This document shows, piece after piece, positions 1-9,874 of a stretch of DNA of 64,000 nt (positions within the stretch are counted from its first letter, which is position 1; each line of letters begins with the position of its first letter). The position numbers and the translations under genes are program-made. The stretch is from Bacillota bacterium (GTDB lineage: Bacteria; Bacillota; SHA-98; UBA4971), in assembly GCA_030024085.1 (NCBI GenBank), contig JASEJE010000010.1, positions 24,132-88,131 on the forward strand, read 5' to 3'. The notes beneath the pieces are model-generated. The model saw only the letters and a list, made by a program, of their open reading frames with translations, had not been told where the DNA came from and made no database searches.

Positions 1-774
1 GCCTGGACGGGGGAGGAGGCCGCAGCCAGCGAGGTACGGGTACACTGCGGTTCCCGCGGTGATCTCGAGCAGGTACGGTTCACCGCGATCCGGCTGCGCT
101 TCGTCCCGATGCTCGCACACACCGCGTGAACTCCGAACCGGGACAGCCTGCTCTCCGGCCGTACCACAGGTTTCCGAACCGTCCGCGAGGGGCGGGCACG
201 CCGCCGTCCACGCGATCTTGCGGACTATCTCGCGGGCGATGTCCTCGGGGCGTTTGCCGTCGGTATCGATGGCGACGTGCGCTTGCCGGTATCCTTGCTC
301 CCGCGCGCTCATCAGGGAACGTACCTGCTCTATGTCGGCCTTTCCTTGGAGCACCGGCCTTGAATCCATCCCAGGCGCGTGTTCGGAGGAGCCGTCTTCG
401 GAGCTGTCCGGCCGCGGCCGCAGGCGGGCGAGGACGCTCTCAGGGGACGCGCGCAGCCATACGAGAAGGCCCGCGCGCTTCAGGGCCTTGACGTTTCGCT
501 GGTCCATGAGCGCTCCGCCGCCCACGGAGATGACGGTGCTGTTGAGCCTCGAGGCCTGCCTCACCGCGCGGGCTTCCAGGCGTCTGAACCAGGCTTCCCC
601 GCGCGTCCGGAAGATCTCGCTGATAGTGGCGCCTGCCTCTGATTCGATGAGGGCGTCGGTATCGAGAAACGCCATCCCGAGCAGCGCGGCAAGGCACCCG
701 CCGACGGAGGACTTGCCCGCCCCCATGAAGCCCGTCAGTATGATGTTGGTAGCTGTAGTCGGTACGGCCGTCAT
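1..774 (-). CDS. aroK: Shikimate kinase, apparently fused to a 3-dehydroquinate synthase N-terminus (runs off the window edge)
   Basis: Manual translation from ATG 774: MTAVPTTATNIILTGFMGAGKSSVG...FLDTDALIE...GEAWFRRLE...VISVGGG (Walker A and shikimate kinase motifs). No stop before position 1; the frame ends LLEITAGTAVYPYLAGCGLL, resembling an AroB N-terminus. Not in the ORF track. Confidence 0.9.
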   Translation of the reverse strand, partial: MTAVPTTATNIILTGFMGAGKSSVGGCLAALLGMAFLDTDALIESEAGATISEIFRTRGEAWFRRLEARAVRQASRLNSTVISVGGGALMDQRNVKALKRAGLLVWLRASPESVLARLRPRPDSSEDGSSEHAPGMDSRPVLQGKADIEQVRSLMSAREQGYRQAHVAIDTDGKRPEDIAREIVRKIAWTAACPPLADGSETCGTAGEQAVPVRSSRGVCEHRDEAQPDRGEPYLLEITAGTAVYPYLAGCGLLPRPG

Positions 775-910
775 GTATGCTCTCCCTCGAGTCCCTCCAA
801 TGGCTGCGTGGGTGGGTGGGTGGGGGTTCCTCGGCTCCTTTCGCCTTTCCAGCGGCTGCGCGGCTCGCGGTGTTGTACTCTCTCAGGGTCACCAGGGCCG
901 GGAGCCGCCC

Positions 911-2110
911 TCAGGTCCGGGGGGCCCCGCATCTTTGTGCCACTTCGTCGAGGTACACGCGCAGGCGAGCCGCCATCTCGCCTACACTATCGCCCCCGAA
1001 CTTGGCCAGGAAAGCGTCGGCCAGCACAAGGGCCACCATGGCCTCGGCCACCACGGCGCAGGCCGGGACGGCGCAGGTGTCGGTACGTTCATAGTGGGCG
1101 ACGCCTTCACGCCCGGTGCCCAGCTCAACTGAGCGTAGCGGCGCTCTCATCGTGTTTATCGGCTTCATAGCCGCGTCCAGCCACAGAGGCATTCCGTTCG
1201 TCATGCCGCCTTCGAGGCCGCCGCCGTGGTTTGAGAGTCGCCGGATCCCCGGCCCCGAGGCCGTCATCTCGTCCGCGGCGGCGCCGCCCGTTAGCTCCGC
1301 CAGCCGGAAACCGTCGCCGATACCGACGCCTTTGACCCCTGGAATGCTCATGACCGCTTGAGCGAGCCGCCCGTCGAGACGCAGGTCCCATTGGGTGTAA
1401 GTGCCGAGACCGGGAGGAAGCCCCCACGCGATGACCTGGAACACGCCTCCGACGCTCTGCCCAGTGGATGCCGCCTCGTCGATGCGCCGCATCATCCTTG
1501 CAGCCGCCTCGTCATCCGCGCATCGCACCGGGGACGACTCTATGGCTTCCAAGAGTCCCGGGCTCGGCGGGCCCATCAGGAGGGACTCCTGGGTGGGAGC
1601 CCACTCGCCCCCGATGCAGAGGACGTGCGAAGCGACGGCGATCCCGAACTCCGCAAGCAGGCGTCTTGCAATCGCGCCGGCCGCCACCCTGGCGGCGGTC
1701 TCTCTCGCACTCGCCCGCTCGAGGACGTTTCTCATATCGTCATGCCCGAACTTGAGGGCGCCTGCCAAGTCCGCATGTCCCGGCCTCGGCATCGTGACAG
1801 GATCGCGCCGCACGTCGCCCCATGGGCTCATCACCTCGACCCAGTTTGGGTGATCCAGGTTCGGGATCTCCATCACAATGGGCGAACCAATGGTTAGCCC
1901 GCCCCTGATCCCGGCGGCGACGCGTGCGCGGTCGCGCTCGATTTCCATGCGGCGCCCGCGCCCGTAGCCGGTTTGCCGCCGGGCGAGGTCGCGCTCGATG
2001 TCCTCGGGTCTGACGTGAAGACCTGCAGGGATGCCGTCCAGCACCACGGTGAGCGCAGGGCCGTGCGACTCACCGCCCGTCATGAACCGGAGCGCGCTCA
2101 AGCCGTTCAC
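911..2110 (-). CDS. aroC: Chorismate synthase
   Basis: Motifs TGGESHG, RRQTGYGRG, PRPGHADL, ERASARETA, GGLEGGMTNG, AMKPI. Confidence 0.97.
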   Translation of the reverse strand: MNGLSALRFMTGGESHGPALTVVLDGIPAGLHVRPEDIERDLARRQTGYGRGRRMEIERDRARVAAGIRGGLTIGSPIVMEIPNLDHPNWVEVMSPWGDVRRDPVTMPRPGHADLAGALKFGHDDMRNVLERASARETAARVAAGAIARRLLAEFGIAVASHVLCIGGEWAPTQESLLMGPPSPGLLEAIESSPVRCADDEAAARMMRRIDEAASTGQSVGGVFQVIAWGLPPGLGTYTQWDLRLDGRLAQAVMSIPGVKGVGIGDGFRLAELTGGAAADEMTASGPGIRRLSNHGGGLEGGMTNGMPLWLDAAMKPINTMRAPLRSVELGTGREGVAHYERTDTCAVPACAVVAEAMVALVLADAFLAKFGGDSVGEMAARLRVYLDEVAQRCGAPRT

Positions 2111-3083
2111 CTCCTAGCTGGTCCGTCGCGGCCGCCGCGGCGCGGAGCGCAAGCTCCATCGCCTCGGACGGCGCACCCCGACCCGTCCACGCTTCGAAGG
2201 CTGGGATCGCCTGGTGAAACAGTATCTCGAGCCCTGACACAACGCGAAGACCCAGGGCCTGCCCCTGCAGAAGGAGCCTGGTCGCGGCTGGTCTGTACAC
2301 CATGTCGCAGACAGCGCAGTCCCGGGAGGGGCAGAGCATTTCAAGGACCTCGTCGGGGATCGGGCTGGACGCGGGATCGCGCGTCACAGGGGTGGCGTTC
2401 ACCACAATACTGGCGCCGTTCATGGCATCCGCAAGGATGCACGGGTCATCGTCTTCCTGAAACCATGGGCGCGCTTCCGTCCGAATCCGTCCGCCGCTTG
2501 CCGCGAGCGCAACGTCCGCCAAGCGGACGGCCCGGTCGCGGCTGCGGTTGAGGATCAAGAGTTCCTTCGCTCCGGCCTGAGCCAGCGCGGCGGCGGCGCC
2601 CCTCGCTGCCCCTCCGGCCCCGAACAGCACCACTTTGCGGCCCTCGGGAGTTTGTCCTTTCGCGGCAAGGGCGCGGACGAGGCCCACACCGTCTGTGTTG
2701 TCGCCGAGGAGGCCGCCGCCGGTCTTGATAATGGTATTGAGTGCCCCGGCCGCGCGCGCTCTGGGGGTCAGAGCGTCGACCAGGGCGATGGCGTTCTCTT
2801 TGTGTGGTATGGTGACGTTCGCACCGGCAACAGAAGGCGATCTGAGCAAGGTCTGCACAGCGTCGAGGCTGCCTGGAGGGATGTCCAGTGGAACGTAACG
2901 CCAATCAAGCCCCACAGCTCTGAAACCCGCTTCGTGCATGGGAGGAGAGAGGCTGGACCGCGCGGGCCAGCCCAGAAGGAGTACGACCTTCGCCTTAGTT
3001 GCTCCCGCCTCTTCCACTTCCCTCAAAGGAACCAGACCTCCTTGCCCGAACACTGTGTGAGGGTGCGTAAGTCCTTGCCTCAT
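2070..3083 (-). CDS. aroE: Shikimate dehydrogenase
   Basis: Motifs SLSPPMH, GANVTIPHK, GALNT, GDNTDGVG, GAGGAARG, DMVYRP. Start position uncertain. Confidence 0.95.
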   Translation of the reverse strand: MRQGLTHPHTVFGQGGLVPLREVEEAGATKAKVVLLLGWPARSSLSPPMHEAGFRAVGLDWRYVPLDIPPGSLDAVQTLLRSPSVAGANVTIPHKENAIALVDALTPRARAAGALNTIIKTGGGLLGDNTDGVGLVRALAAKGQTPEGRKVVLFGAGGAARGAAAALAQAGAKELLILNRSRDRAVRLADVALAASGGRIRTEARPWFQEDDDPCILADAMNGASIVVNATPVTRDPASSPIPDEVLEMLCPSRDCAVCDMVYRPAATRLLLQGQALGLRVVSGLEILFHQAIPAFEAWTGRGAPSEAMELALRAAAAATDQLGGERLERAPVHDGR

Positions 3084-3209
3084 TACCAGCGGTTGCCAGG
3101 CTGCCTGTGTTGCGCTCGGGGACTCGGGGGGCTGCGCCCCACGCGGGCCGCCGCATCGCCGCGCGTTCGGGGTTCAGCCTCGGACGTTTGACCGCGGCCC
3201 GCTCAGGGA

Positions 3210-4793
3210 TCAATATGGACCTGCGCTGGAACCCGCGCCGCGCGGCTCGCGAGCACCCGATGGCGCCATGCAGCCCCCGGCTGGTTCTTCCGACGCCGCG
3301 CTCCTCGCGTTGAGGGCGTGGAGGGCGGTGAGAAAACCAGGGTACGAAACGGACGCCGAGTCCCAACCCTCCACGACCGTCGTGCCGCTGGCGATGAGCC
3401 CCGCCACGGCGAGCGCCAGCGCCATTCGGTGGTCGCCGCGAGCCGACACGCGCGCCCCGTGGAGGCGCGAGGGGTAGATGCGGAGCGAGTCCTCACCTTC
3501 GCTGATGTGAGCGCCCATTTTCGAAAGCTCCTCGACCACGGCGGCGACCCTGTCCGTTTCTTTGACCTTCAGCTCGGCGATGCCGCTGATAGAAGATGGG
3601 GTGCTGGCTGCGCAAGCCAGAACGGCAAAGATCGGGACCTCGTCGATCATGCTCGGTACGGTGAAATGCGGAATGTCCACTCCCACGAGGCGGCCGCTGT
3701 GCTTGACCCGGATGTCCGCACGAGGTTCAGGTCCGTCGAAGCGCAGTGGTTCGACGCTCACTGACGCGCCCATGTCGGCCAGAACCCGGATGAACCCGAG
3801 GCGGGTCGGGTTTGCGCAGACGCTCATTGCCGTAACGCTCGACCCCGGGAGCGCCGCTGCAGCGGCTAGGAGAAACGCCGCAGACGACGGGTCGCCGGGG
3901 ATGGTCAGCTCGAACGGGTGGGGAGGCTGTCCGCCGCACACGGAGACCTCTCCGGCCCCACGACCGCCACCACTTCCGTCACCGCCGCGGCCGCGGCGGC
4001 CGCGGCGGCCGCCGCCAGCACCGGCCGACCTTTCCCACTCCTTGACAGGGACGCCCGCAAACCGCAAGAGCCGCTCGGTGTGGTCGCGCGACCCGGCGGG
4101 CTCGACCACGGTGGTCTCACCGTCGGCGTAAAGGCCCGCGAGCAGTATGCACGATTTCACCTGCGCGCTTGCGACCGGCAAGACGTGCCTGAGCGCGCGC
4201 AGGTCGGCGCCTCCCGCACCCCTTATGACGAGCGGCGCCAGAGTGCCTCCCGCGCGCCCATCCACCCACGCGCCCATGGCGCGAAGCGGGCCTGCGATCC
4301 TTGCCATGGGTCGCCGCCTGAGAGACTCATCGCCGGTCAGAGCGAAGAGGCCATCCTGGCCCGCAAGGATACCTGCGAGAAGTCTCATGGTGGTGCCGGA
4401 GTTGCCGGCGTCGAGGACTTCCCCAGGTTCTTCCAAACCCCGGAGGCCGCGCCCGGACACGATGAGCGAGTCGCCGTCCCGGCGCACGCTTACACCTAGT
4501 GATTGCAGGCACTTTAGCGTGGAGGCGCAATCTTGGCCGGAAGGGTAGTTGCGCACCTGCGAATCGCCGACGCAAATGGCGGCCAACATGGCGGCGCGAT
4601 GGGCGATTGACTTGTCGCCGGGAGGCTCGAAGGAGCCGCGCAGGACAACGCCTCCTCCTGAGACACGAAGCCACCGCGGCGATGGCCGGGTATCCGGGCC
4701 GGCGGGCGGCCCGCCGCACTGCTCAGTTCCTGCGACCACCGCTCCCTCCGGTTGCGTCCGCGTCACTTTCTCCTGTCCTGCTCCTGTTTCCAC
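3210..4793 (-). CDS. aroA: EPSP synthase, with a Gly/Arg-rich insertion
   Basis: Motifs PGDKSIAHRA, DAGNSGTTMRL, ASAQVKS, SRDHTER, PGDPSSAAF, ELKVKETDR, GDHRMA. Confidence 0.97.
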   Translation of the reverse strand: METGAGQEKVTRTQPEGAVVAGTEQCGGPPAGPDTRPSPRWLRVSGGGVVLRGSFEPPGDKSIAHRAAMLAAICVGDSQVRNYPSGQDCASTLKCLQSLGVSVRRDGDSLIVSGRGLRGLEEPGEVLDAGNSGTTMRLLAGILAGQDGLFALTGDESLRRRPMARIAGPLRAMGAWVDGRAGGTLAPLVIRGAGGADLRALRHVLPVASAQVKSCILLAGLYADGETTVVEPAGSRDHTERLLRFAGVPVKEWERSAGAGGGRRGRRGRGGDGSGGGRGAGEVSVCGGQPPHPFELTIPGDPSSAAFLLAAAAALPGSSVTAMSVCANPTRLGFIRVLADMGASVSVEPLRFDGPEPRADIRVKHSGRLVGVDIPHFTVPSMIDEVPIFAVLACAASTPSSISGIAELKVKETDRVAAVVEELSKMGAHISEGEDSLRIYPSRLHGARVSARGDHRMALALAVAGLIASGTTVVEGWDSASVSYPGFLTALHALNARSAASEEPAGGCMAPSGAREPRGAGSSAGPY

Positions 4794-4886
4794 TCCCGCT
4801 TCTCCTCCTGCCCACGCTTCTTTCCCTGCTCTTGCCCCTGCCCGTGTCGGAGCCCTTTCATGTCCTCGTGTCGCGATCTTCGGCCT

Positions 4887-6059
4887 TCAGCCCTCAGACT
4901 TTGACCGGCTCCTTCTCTCCGGTGCCGCACCGGTTCTATCAGTGTATCGGGCTCGTCCACGGACACGTGTGTCCCGCTGCCCGGCTTCCCCTGTCTCTGG
5001 AGCCCCGCCTTCATTCTGTGCGTTCGCGCTGCCCGGAGCGTACGTCCGGTCGATCCAAGCCTGCCGGCTCGCCTGCGCCTCCGCGAGGAATTGCCTCACC
5101 CGTTCAGCCCCTGCTGGACCCGCCTCCGGCTGGGCGGAGGCGGCCTCGGCCGCAGCGAGGAGCGCGCGCGCATCGTCGAGTTCGCGTTGGAATTCGTCCA
5201 GCGCCTCGAGCACCCGGCTCGCGTTCGCCGCGAGCATGCCGGCGCCCATGTCCGGGTCACCGGATGATACGCGCGTCGTGTCCCGGAAGCCGCCGGCCGC
5301 GAGATCCCAGATGGACGGGTGGACTGTGGAACGTTCTCCCACGACCCTGGCCAGGCACGCCGCCACGACGAGCGGGAGGTGGCTCGTGGCGGCCACCATC
5401 GCGTCATGGTCGCCGGATGCCACGACCTGCGGGACGGCCCCGGCCGCTTCACACACTTTGATGACCACCCTGATATCGGCGTCCCGCGCCCACTTGGCCG
5501 GGGTTAGCACGTAGCGGCACCCTCTCAGCAAACCCGATGAAGCGTGCTCCACGCCGCTTTGCTCGCTCCCGGCCATGGGATGGCCGCCCACGAACGGGAC
5601 CTCCGGAGCAAGGTGCTCTCGCGCGAGCGCGAGTACGTAACCCTTGGCGCTTCCGACATCAGTCACAACCGGCCCGCCCGCTCTGCAGGCGCCTTTCAAG
5701 CAACGCCCCAGTTCGGCGAAGACAGACGGCATTGCGAGGAGCGGCGTCGCGACCACGACCAGATCCGCATCCACTGCCTCGTCGAGCGATCTCGCCGCGC
5801 GGTCCAAAGCTCCGAGCGCGACCGCGCGGTCGAGAGACCGTCCGTCGATGTCGAAGCCCTCCACGACGTAACGCCCCGAGGCCCGGAGCGCCATTGCGAG
5901 CGACCCGCCGATGAGACCGAGACCGGCCACGAACACTCTCTTTCTTGCGTTGCTCGGGAGGCGCGCCGGGTCCACTCCACGAGAATCCGCTGAAGCCGTC
6001 GAACGTGACTGGCTCACGGATACCACTCCTCCCACCAGCCCTCGATTTGTGCTCCTCAT
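4887..6059 (-). CDS. tyrA: Prephenate dehydrogenase
   Basis: Motifs GLGLIGGSLA, TDVGSAK, GGHPMAGSE, HDAMVAATSHLP, GGFRDTTRV. Confidence 0.93.
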   Translation of the reverse strand: MRSTNRGLVGGVVSVSQSRSTASADSRGVDPARLPSNARKRVFVAGLGLIGGSLAMALRASGRYVVEGFDIDGRSLDRAVALGALDRAARSLDEAVDADLVVVATPLLAMPSVFAELGRCLKGACRAGGPVVTDVGSAKGYVLALAREHLAPEVPFVGGHPMAGSEQSGVEHASSGLLRGCRYVLTPAKWARDADIRVVIKVCEAAGAVPQVVASGDHDAMVAATSHLPLVVAACLARVVGERSTVHPSIWDLAAGGFRDTTRVSSGDPDMGAGMLAANASRVLEALDEFQRELDDARALLAAAEAASAQPEAGPAGAERVRQFLAEAQASRQAWIDRTYAPGSANAQNEGGAPETGEAGQRDTRVRGRARYTDRTGAAPERRSRSKSEG

Positions 6060-6190
6060 CCACGTCCCCCGCCGACAACCGCCATACCCATCTCAACATG
6101 TCCGCCGCATAGACCCGCCACGACTCTGTCGGCGTCACCCGCGCCGCACCCAAGGACCGCGCACCACCGAACCGGCAGAGATGCGCGACC

Positions 6191-7306
6191 TCACTCCGAG
6201 CAGTCGAGCCGGGACCGTCCGGAAAGCCCTTCTTCATGCCGGTTCTCCCGCTTGTAAGCGCCTGCGGCTTCGCGCCGGAGCGGTGCGGCGATTCTCCGCC
6301 CGACCGCCTCCGCAACCGGCTGGAGCCTGCGCATCATGTCTGCGAATATCTCAGGCCGCACCGACTGCGGGCCGTCCGACAAGGCGGAGGCCGGATCGTC
6401 GTGCACCTCGACCATCAGCCCGTCCGCGCCGCACGCCACGGCCGCGAGCGCCATCGGGACCACCATGTCCGCGCGTCCCGTGCCGTGGCTCGGGTCCACT
6501 ATGACCGGAAGATGGCTCAGTTTCTTGACGACTGCAACGGCTGACAGGTCCAGCGTGTTCCGGGTGGACGTTTCGAAAGTCCTTATGCCGCGCTCACAGA
6601 GGATCACGTTGTCGTTCCCCGCGGACAGGACGTACTCGGCCGCCATGAGCCACTCGTCGATGGAGGACATCATCCCTCTCTTGAGTATCACGGGCTTCGG
6701 CTGGAGGCCGACTTCGTGAAGGAGGGCGTAGTTGTGCATGTTCCTGGACCCTATCTGAAGGGCGTCCGCATAGGTGCAGACGAGCTCAACGTCCTGCGGC
6801 GACACCACCTCGGTGACGACGGGCATGCCGGTTGCCTCGCGCGCTTTCGCGAGGATGCAAAGACCCGGCTCGCCGAGACCCTGAAAGGAATAGGGGGAGG
6901 TGCGCGGCTTGAACGCCCCGCCCCGGAGAACGGAGGCACCTGCGCCGGAGACGAGGCGCGCGATGCGCATCATCGAGTCCTCGCTTTCAACGGCGCAAGG
7001 GCCCGCGATCACCGGGACTTCGTCACTGTCGCCACCGAAGGGGACGCCTCCGACGGAGACGGGGCTGCGGCTCGGCATGAACTCCCTGCTCGCGAGCTTG
7101 AAAGGCTGCAGGATGCGCACCACCCGCTCCACGCCAGGTAGGAAGGCGATTGTGTCCGGATCGAGGCGGCGCACGTCTCCGATGAGACCCACGACTGTGC
7201 GCTCCTCGCCCCTGGATACGTGAACGTTTAGGTGCGCATTCTCGGCTACTCGCATTACGCCACGGATTTCGTCGTCTGTTGCCTTTTGTCTCATGATGAC
7301 AATCAT
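6191..7306 (-). CDS. aroF: DAHP synthase, type I-beta, with N-terminal regulatory domain
   Basis: Start MIVIM at 7306 after a GGGGGAAAG RBS. Motifs IAGPCAVES, RGGAFKPRTSPYSFQG, LCERGIRTFE, VDPSHGTG. Confidence 0.95.
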   Translation of the reverse strand: MIVIMRQKATDDEIRGVMRVAENAHLNVHVSRGEERTVVGLIGDVRRLDPDTIAFLPGVERVVRILQPFKLASREFMPSRSPVSVGGVPFGGDSDEVPVIAGPCAVESEDSMMRIARLVSGAGASVLRGGAFKPRTSPYSFQGLGEPGLCILAKAREATGMPVVTEVVSPQDVELVCTYADALQIGSRNMHNYALLHEVGLQPKPVILKRGMMSSIDEWLMAAEYVLSAGNDNVILCERGIRTFETSTRNTLDLSAVAVVKKLSHLPVIVDPSHGTGRADMVVPMALAAVACGADGLMVEVHDDPASALSDGPQSVRPEIFADMMRRLQPVAEAVGRRIAAPLRREAAGAYKRENRHEEGLSGRSRLDCSE

Positions 7307-7472
7307 GTGTCTTTCCCCCCAGCTGCTCGGGTCAGCAAAAGCTCTTGAAAGCCGTCTCTCCTGCACCTTGCCCCCAGACCGCGGGTCCGCCCTCTGGACC
7401 TGGAGCTCCACTCGACTCGCGTGGCCGAACGAGCCGGCATGGCCCGTCCGCGATACGCTCCGGCGGGGCGCC

Positions 7473-8006
7473 TCACTCGGCGGAGCCACCCGCCTCGTCT
7501 GCCTCCTCCACGTTCGTGTCCGCGCACGCAAGGTCCGGGCGAAGGACGGCGGCCTCTCCCAGGTAGACGTGAACGGGCCGGGCCGGCGCCGCACTGTGCC
7601 GCGACGGCCTTTGGTGATGAAGACGGCGCCGGCGCGCGGCTGCAAGCCTTCCCGCCAGGCAATGCCGGCGCTGAGGGCGCTGAGGGCATAGGGCCGCCCG
7701 GTCCGTCTCCGGCCGCCGGCACAGCAGGAGCACTCTTACGCAAGCTGGAAGCGCTCCCTCCACGGGGATCTCGAGGGCGCACATCATGGGCACCGAATTC
7801 CAACCTGCAGCCCTCGCAGCTGCGGCGGGAAAGGCGGCGTTGAGGTCCGCGGTCACCGTGAAGAATGCAAGCACGACGCTTTCGACATCGAGACGATTCC
7901 GGCTGAGGATGGCGGTGAGCAGTTCGCTCGTGGCTTTGAACACGCCATCCCTGGTGTTTACGACCGGGGCGATCGCGCCTCGTATTGCGAAAATGTCGCC
8001 GTCCAC
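7473..8006 (-). CDS. aroH: AroH-type chorismate mutase with a ~45-aa insertion
   Basis: Motifs AIRGA, FTVTADLNAAFPA, MCALEIPV, CVRVL...HVYLGEAAVLRPDL. Confidence 0.92.
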   Translation of the reverse strand: MDGDIFAIRGAIAPVVNTRDGVFKATSELLTAILSRNRLDVESVVLAFFTVTADLNAAFPAAAARAAGWNSVPMMCALEIPVEGALPACVRVLLLCRRPETDRAALCPQRPQRRHCLAGRLAAARRRRLHHQRPSRHSAAPARPVHVYLGEAAVLRPDLACADTNVEEADEAGGSAE

Positions 8007-8155
8007 GATGCCATCCCCCCTGTACGAGCGGACACGACTGCGATTCCGGCGCGCGACGCAAGCGGGAGAGAGAGAATCAGGAGCAGACAGGGGACGCCCA
8101 TCGCAGAGCGGTGGAACGAAGTCGAGCGATGGTAGAGCGATGAATGATGAAGGAT

Positions 8156-8190
8156 GCGAAAAGGGCTACCCCGTGAGGGGTAGCCCTCGC
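8156..8190 (-). terminator. Intrinsic terminator / attenuator in the aro operon leader
   Basis: Minus strand reads GCGAGGGCTACCCC-TCAC-GGGGTAGCCCTTTTCGC: a strong stem with a short U tract, ~150 nt upstream of aroH. Confidence 0.75.
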
Positions 8191-8624
8191 ACCTATCCGG
8201 CTGACCAAGCCCTGGCCCCCAGCATGCCGAGTCCCCGGGTGTCACCGGTCGATCCGGGCCGGGCCGGTTCGCGGCTTTTGGCACCGGTGCCCAAGCGGCG
8301 TCCGCCCGAACCGAATGAGTCCGGTCCCGAAAACCCCGGTCCCGAGGAGCTGCAGGACCCGCTTTCCGGAGGCGACCTGCGGCCGCGACAGGTACGACAC
8401 GGTCGCGGCACATGCGCCGCCGGTGCCAACTTACATGCGATGATCTCCCCTACCGTACTACCGTCCTGCTCAAAGGCTTCTACTTGTTGTCACACGCGCG
8501 TCTCGCGATCTTGCCTTGGTGCAAAGCAGGCGCCGCGGGCTTCCACCTGAGCGGGCTTGGACCTACGCGGGTTTCCGACTGCCCGCCCGGACCTACCGTT
8601 CTGCCTGCCTGCCTATTACCACGA

Positions 8625-8653
8625 AGTATAGCATCTCCCGGTTACCTGCGCAA
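8625..8653 (-). promoter_or_regulatory. sigA-type promoter of the aro operon
   Basis: TTGCGC-N17-TATACT with an extended -10 TG. Confidence 0.7.
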
Positions 8654-8956
8654 GACCCCGACTTGCCGTACCGTGAGACTGCTTGAGGAGGCGGATGGGC
8701 GGATGACGCTTGCGGCACCGACACCACTCGTGACCGCCGCCTTCCTCGGCTCATCCATACCTCGGCTCATCCGTAGTCTTCCTCAGCTCATCCATACCTG
8801 CCCACACGCGCCGGGACACTCCTGTGCCTGTGCGCGCGCCCGTTGCGCGCGCCCGTTCAGGCACGGGCAACCACGGGCTGGCCGCCATGGGCCGCGCGCA
8901 CGCCGGCCACACGCATGCCAGCCACCCGCACGCCGGCCGCCTGCGCGCCCTTGGCG

Positions 8957-9397
8957 TCAGTCCGCCGGGACGGCCCTATGTGCCACCGCGAGGCCCACGT
9001 CGTCCAGGTGCAGGAGTCCGACCTGCAGGAACACCGCCACCGACAAGTGTTCTCCGCAGCGGGCGACGCCCACCTTGCCGCCGACATTGAAGCCCGCCGC
9101 CCTCGGCATGAGCTGCGCAAGGGCTTCGCGTGCCGCGCCTGTTACGGCCCCTTCGTGAGGATGCGACGGCGCGATGACGCCCTCGCGCTTCGCCGCCACG
9201 AGGATGTTCTCCACAGCACGCGCGATTGACTGCACGAAAGGCCCGCCGATGTCCACCGCCGCGGTCTTGATCCCAGCTTCGGTGAACGCGCGCTTCAGCT
9301 CGCGCTCGTGGTCGCGCGATGTGGACATCGCCATCTGTACCGCCGCCCTCGCCGCTGCGGCGCTCGGTCTCTCACAATGCGCGTCCGATGCCTGCAT
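8957..9397 (-). CDS. hutP: HutP-family RNA-binding antiterminator
   Basis: 146 aa. ARAAVQMAMS, AAKREGVI...HEGAVTGAAREAL, GGKVGVAR.GEHLSVAVF..VGLLHL and C-terminal HRAV are typical of clostridial HutP proteins. Confidence 0.85.
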   Translation of the reverse strand: MQASDAHCERPSAAAARAAVQMAMSTSRDHERELKRAFTEAGIKTAAVDIGGPFVQSIARAVENILVAAKREGVIAPSHPHEGAVTGAAREALAQLMPRAAGFNVGGKVGVARCGEHLSVAVFLQVGLLHLDDVGLAVAHRAVPAD

Positions 9398-9510
9398 CCT
9401 GCAAGCACCACCTTTCAGGCGCAGGAGGCGCCGTCGCAGGACGGGACACGGCGCGCCGAGTCAGTCGCGTCGAGTCGTGCCGTGCTGCCGTCATTCTGCC
9501 ATCCAAGAGC

Positions 9511-9569
9511 ATTCTAGTGCGCACAAGCCTGCCTGTCCACATTCTATACTTGTGGGCTCCAGATGTCAC
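9511..9569 (-). promoter_or_regulatory. Two tandem sigA-like promoters of hutP, 30 bp apart
   Basis: GTGACA-N17-TAGAAT (9569-9541) and TGGACA-N17-TAGAAT (9539-9511). Confidence 0.55.
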
Positions 9570-9804
9570 GCTTGCCCGCGGCCGGCCTCACGCGTCCTGT
9601 TCGGGTGACGTATACCGCCGCGAGCCTTGTGTTCAACTGCCGCCCTGCGCGTGCGCGGCAGGAAGGACCCGGACGCCCGTTGATACTGTGGTCTTGGCTT
9701 TGTCAGACTGCAGATACTCGCATGGACGGCAGGTGACGGCGAGATAGGCTCTTGAGCTGGCAGACGGTTTGAGGGTGAACTCTGATCATTTTCCTCCACA
9801 ATCA

Positions 9805-9833
9805 GGAGGATTTTCCGTGGGGGGCGCGAATAG
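9805..9833 (+). promoter_or_regulatory. sigH-like promoter of the polyol operon
   Basis: GGAGGATTT-N12-GCGAATAG matches the sigH consensus RNAGGAWWW-N11/12-RNGAATWW. Confidence 0.6.
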
Positions 9834-9841
9834 TGATCACA

Positions 9842-9874
9842 GAACAGATGCTCATGTGACGTGCACATATGTGC
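9842..9874 (+). promoter_or_regulatory. Tandem palindromic operator, probably SorC/DeoR-type
   Basis: GAACAGATGCTC (9842-9853) and the perfect palindrome GCACATATGTGC (9863-9874). The same motif recurs at 22191-22222. Confidence 0.65.

Noticed and set aside
8422-8428. T-box antiterminator (TGGCACC on the minus strand) in the aro leader
   Set aside because: It lacks the flanking GGG/GCG helices and lies ~230 nt from the terminator. An Rfam scan would be needed to exclude a T-box fully.
8430-8450. ATG-TAA minigene after a GGGGAG RBS-like sequence in the aro leader
   Set aside because: Could easily be chance; no Trp/Phe/Tyr-rich leader peptide was found.
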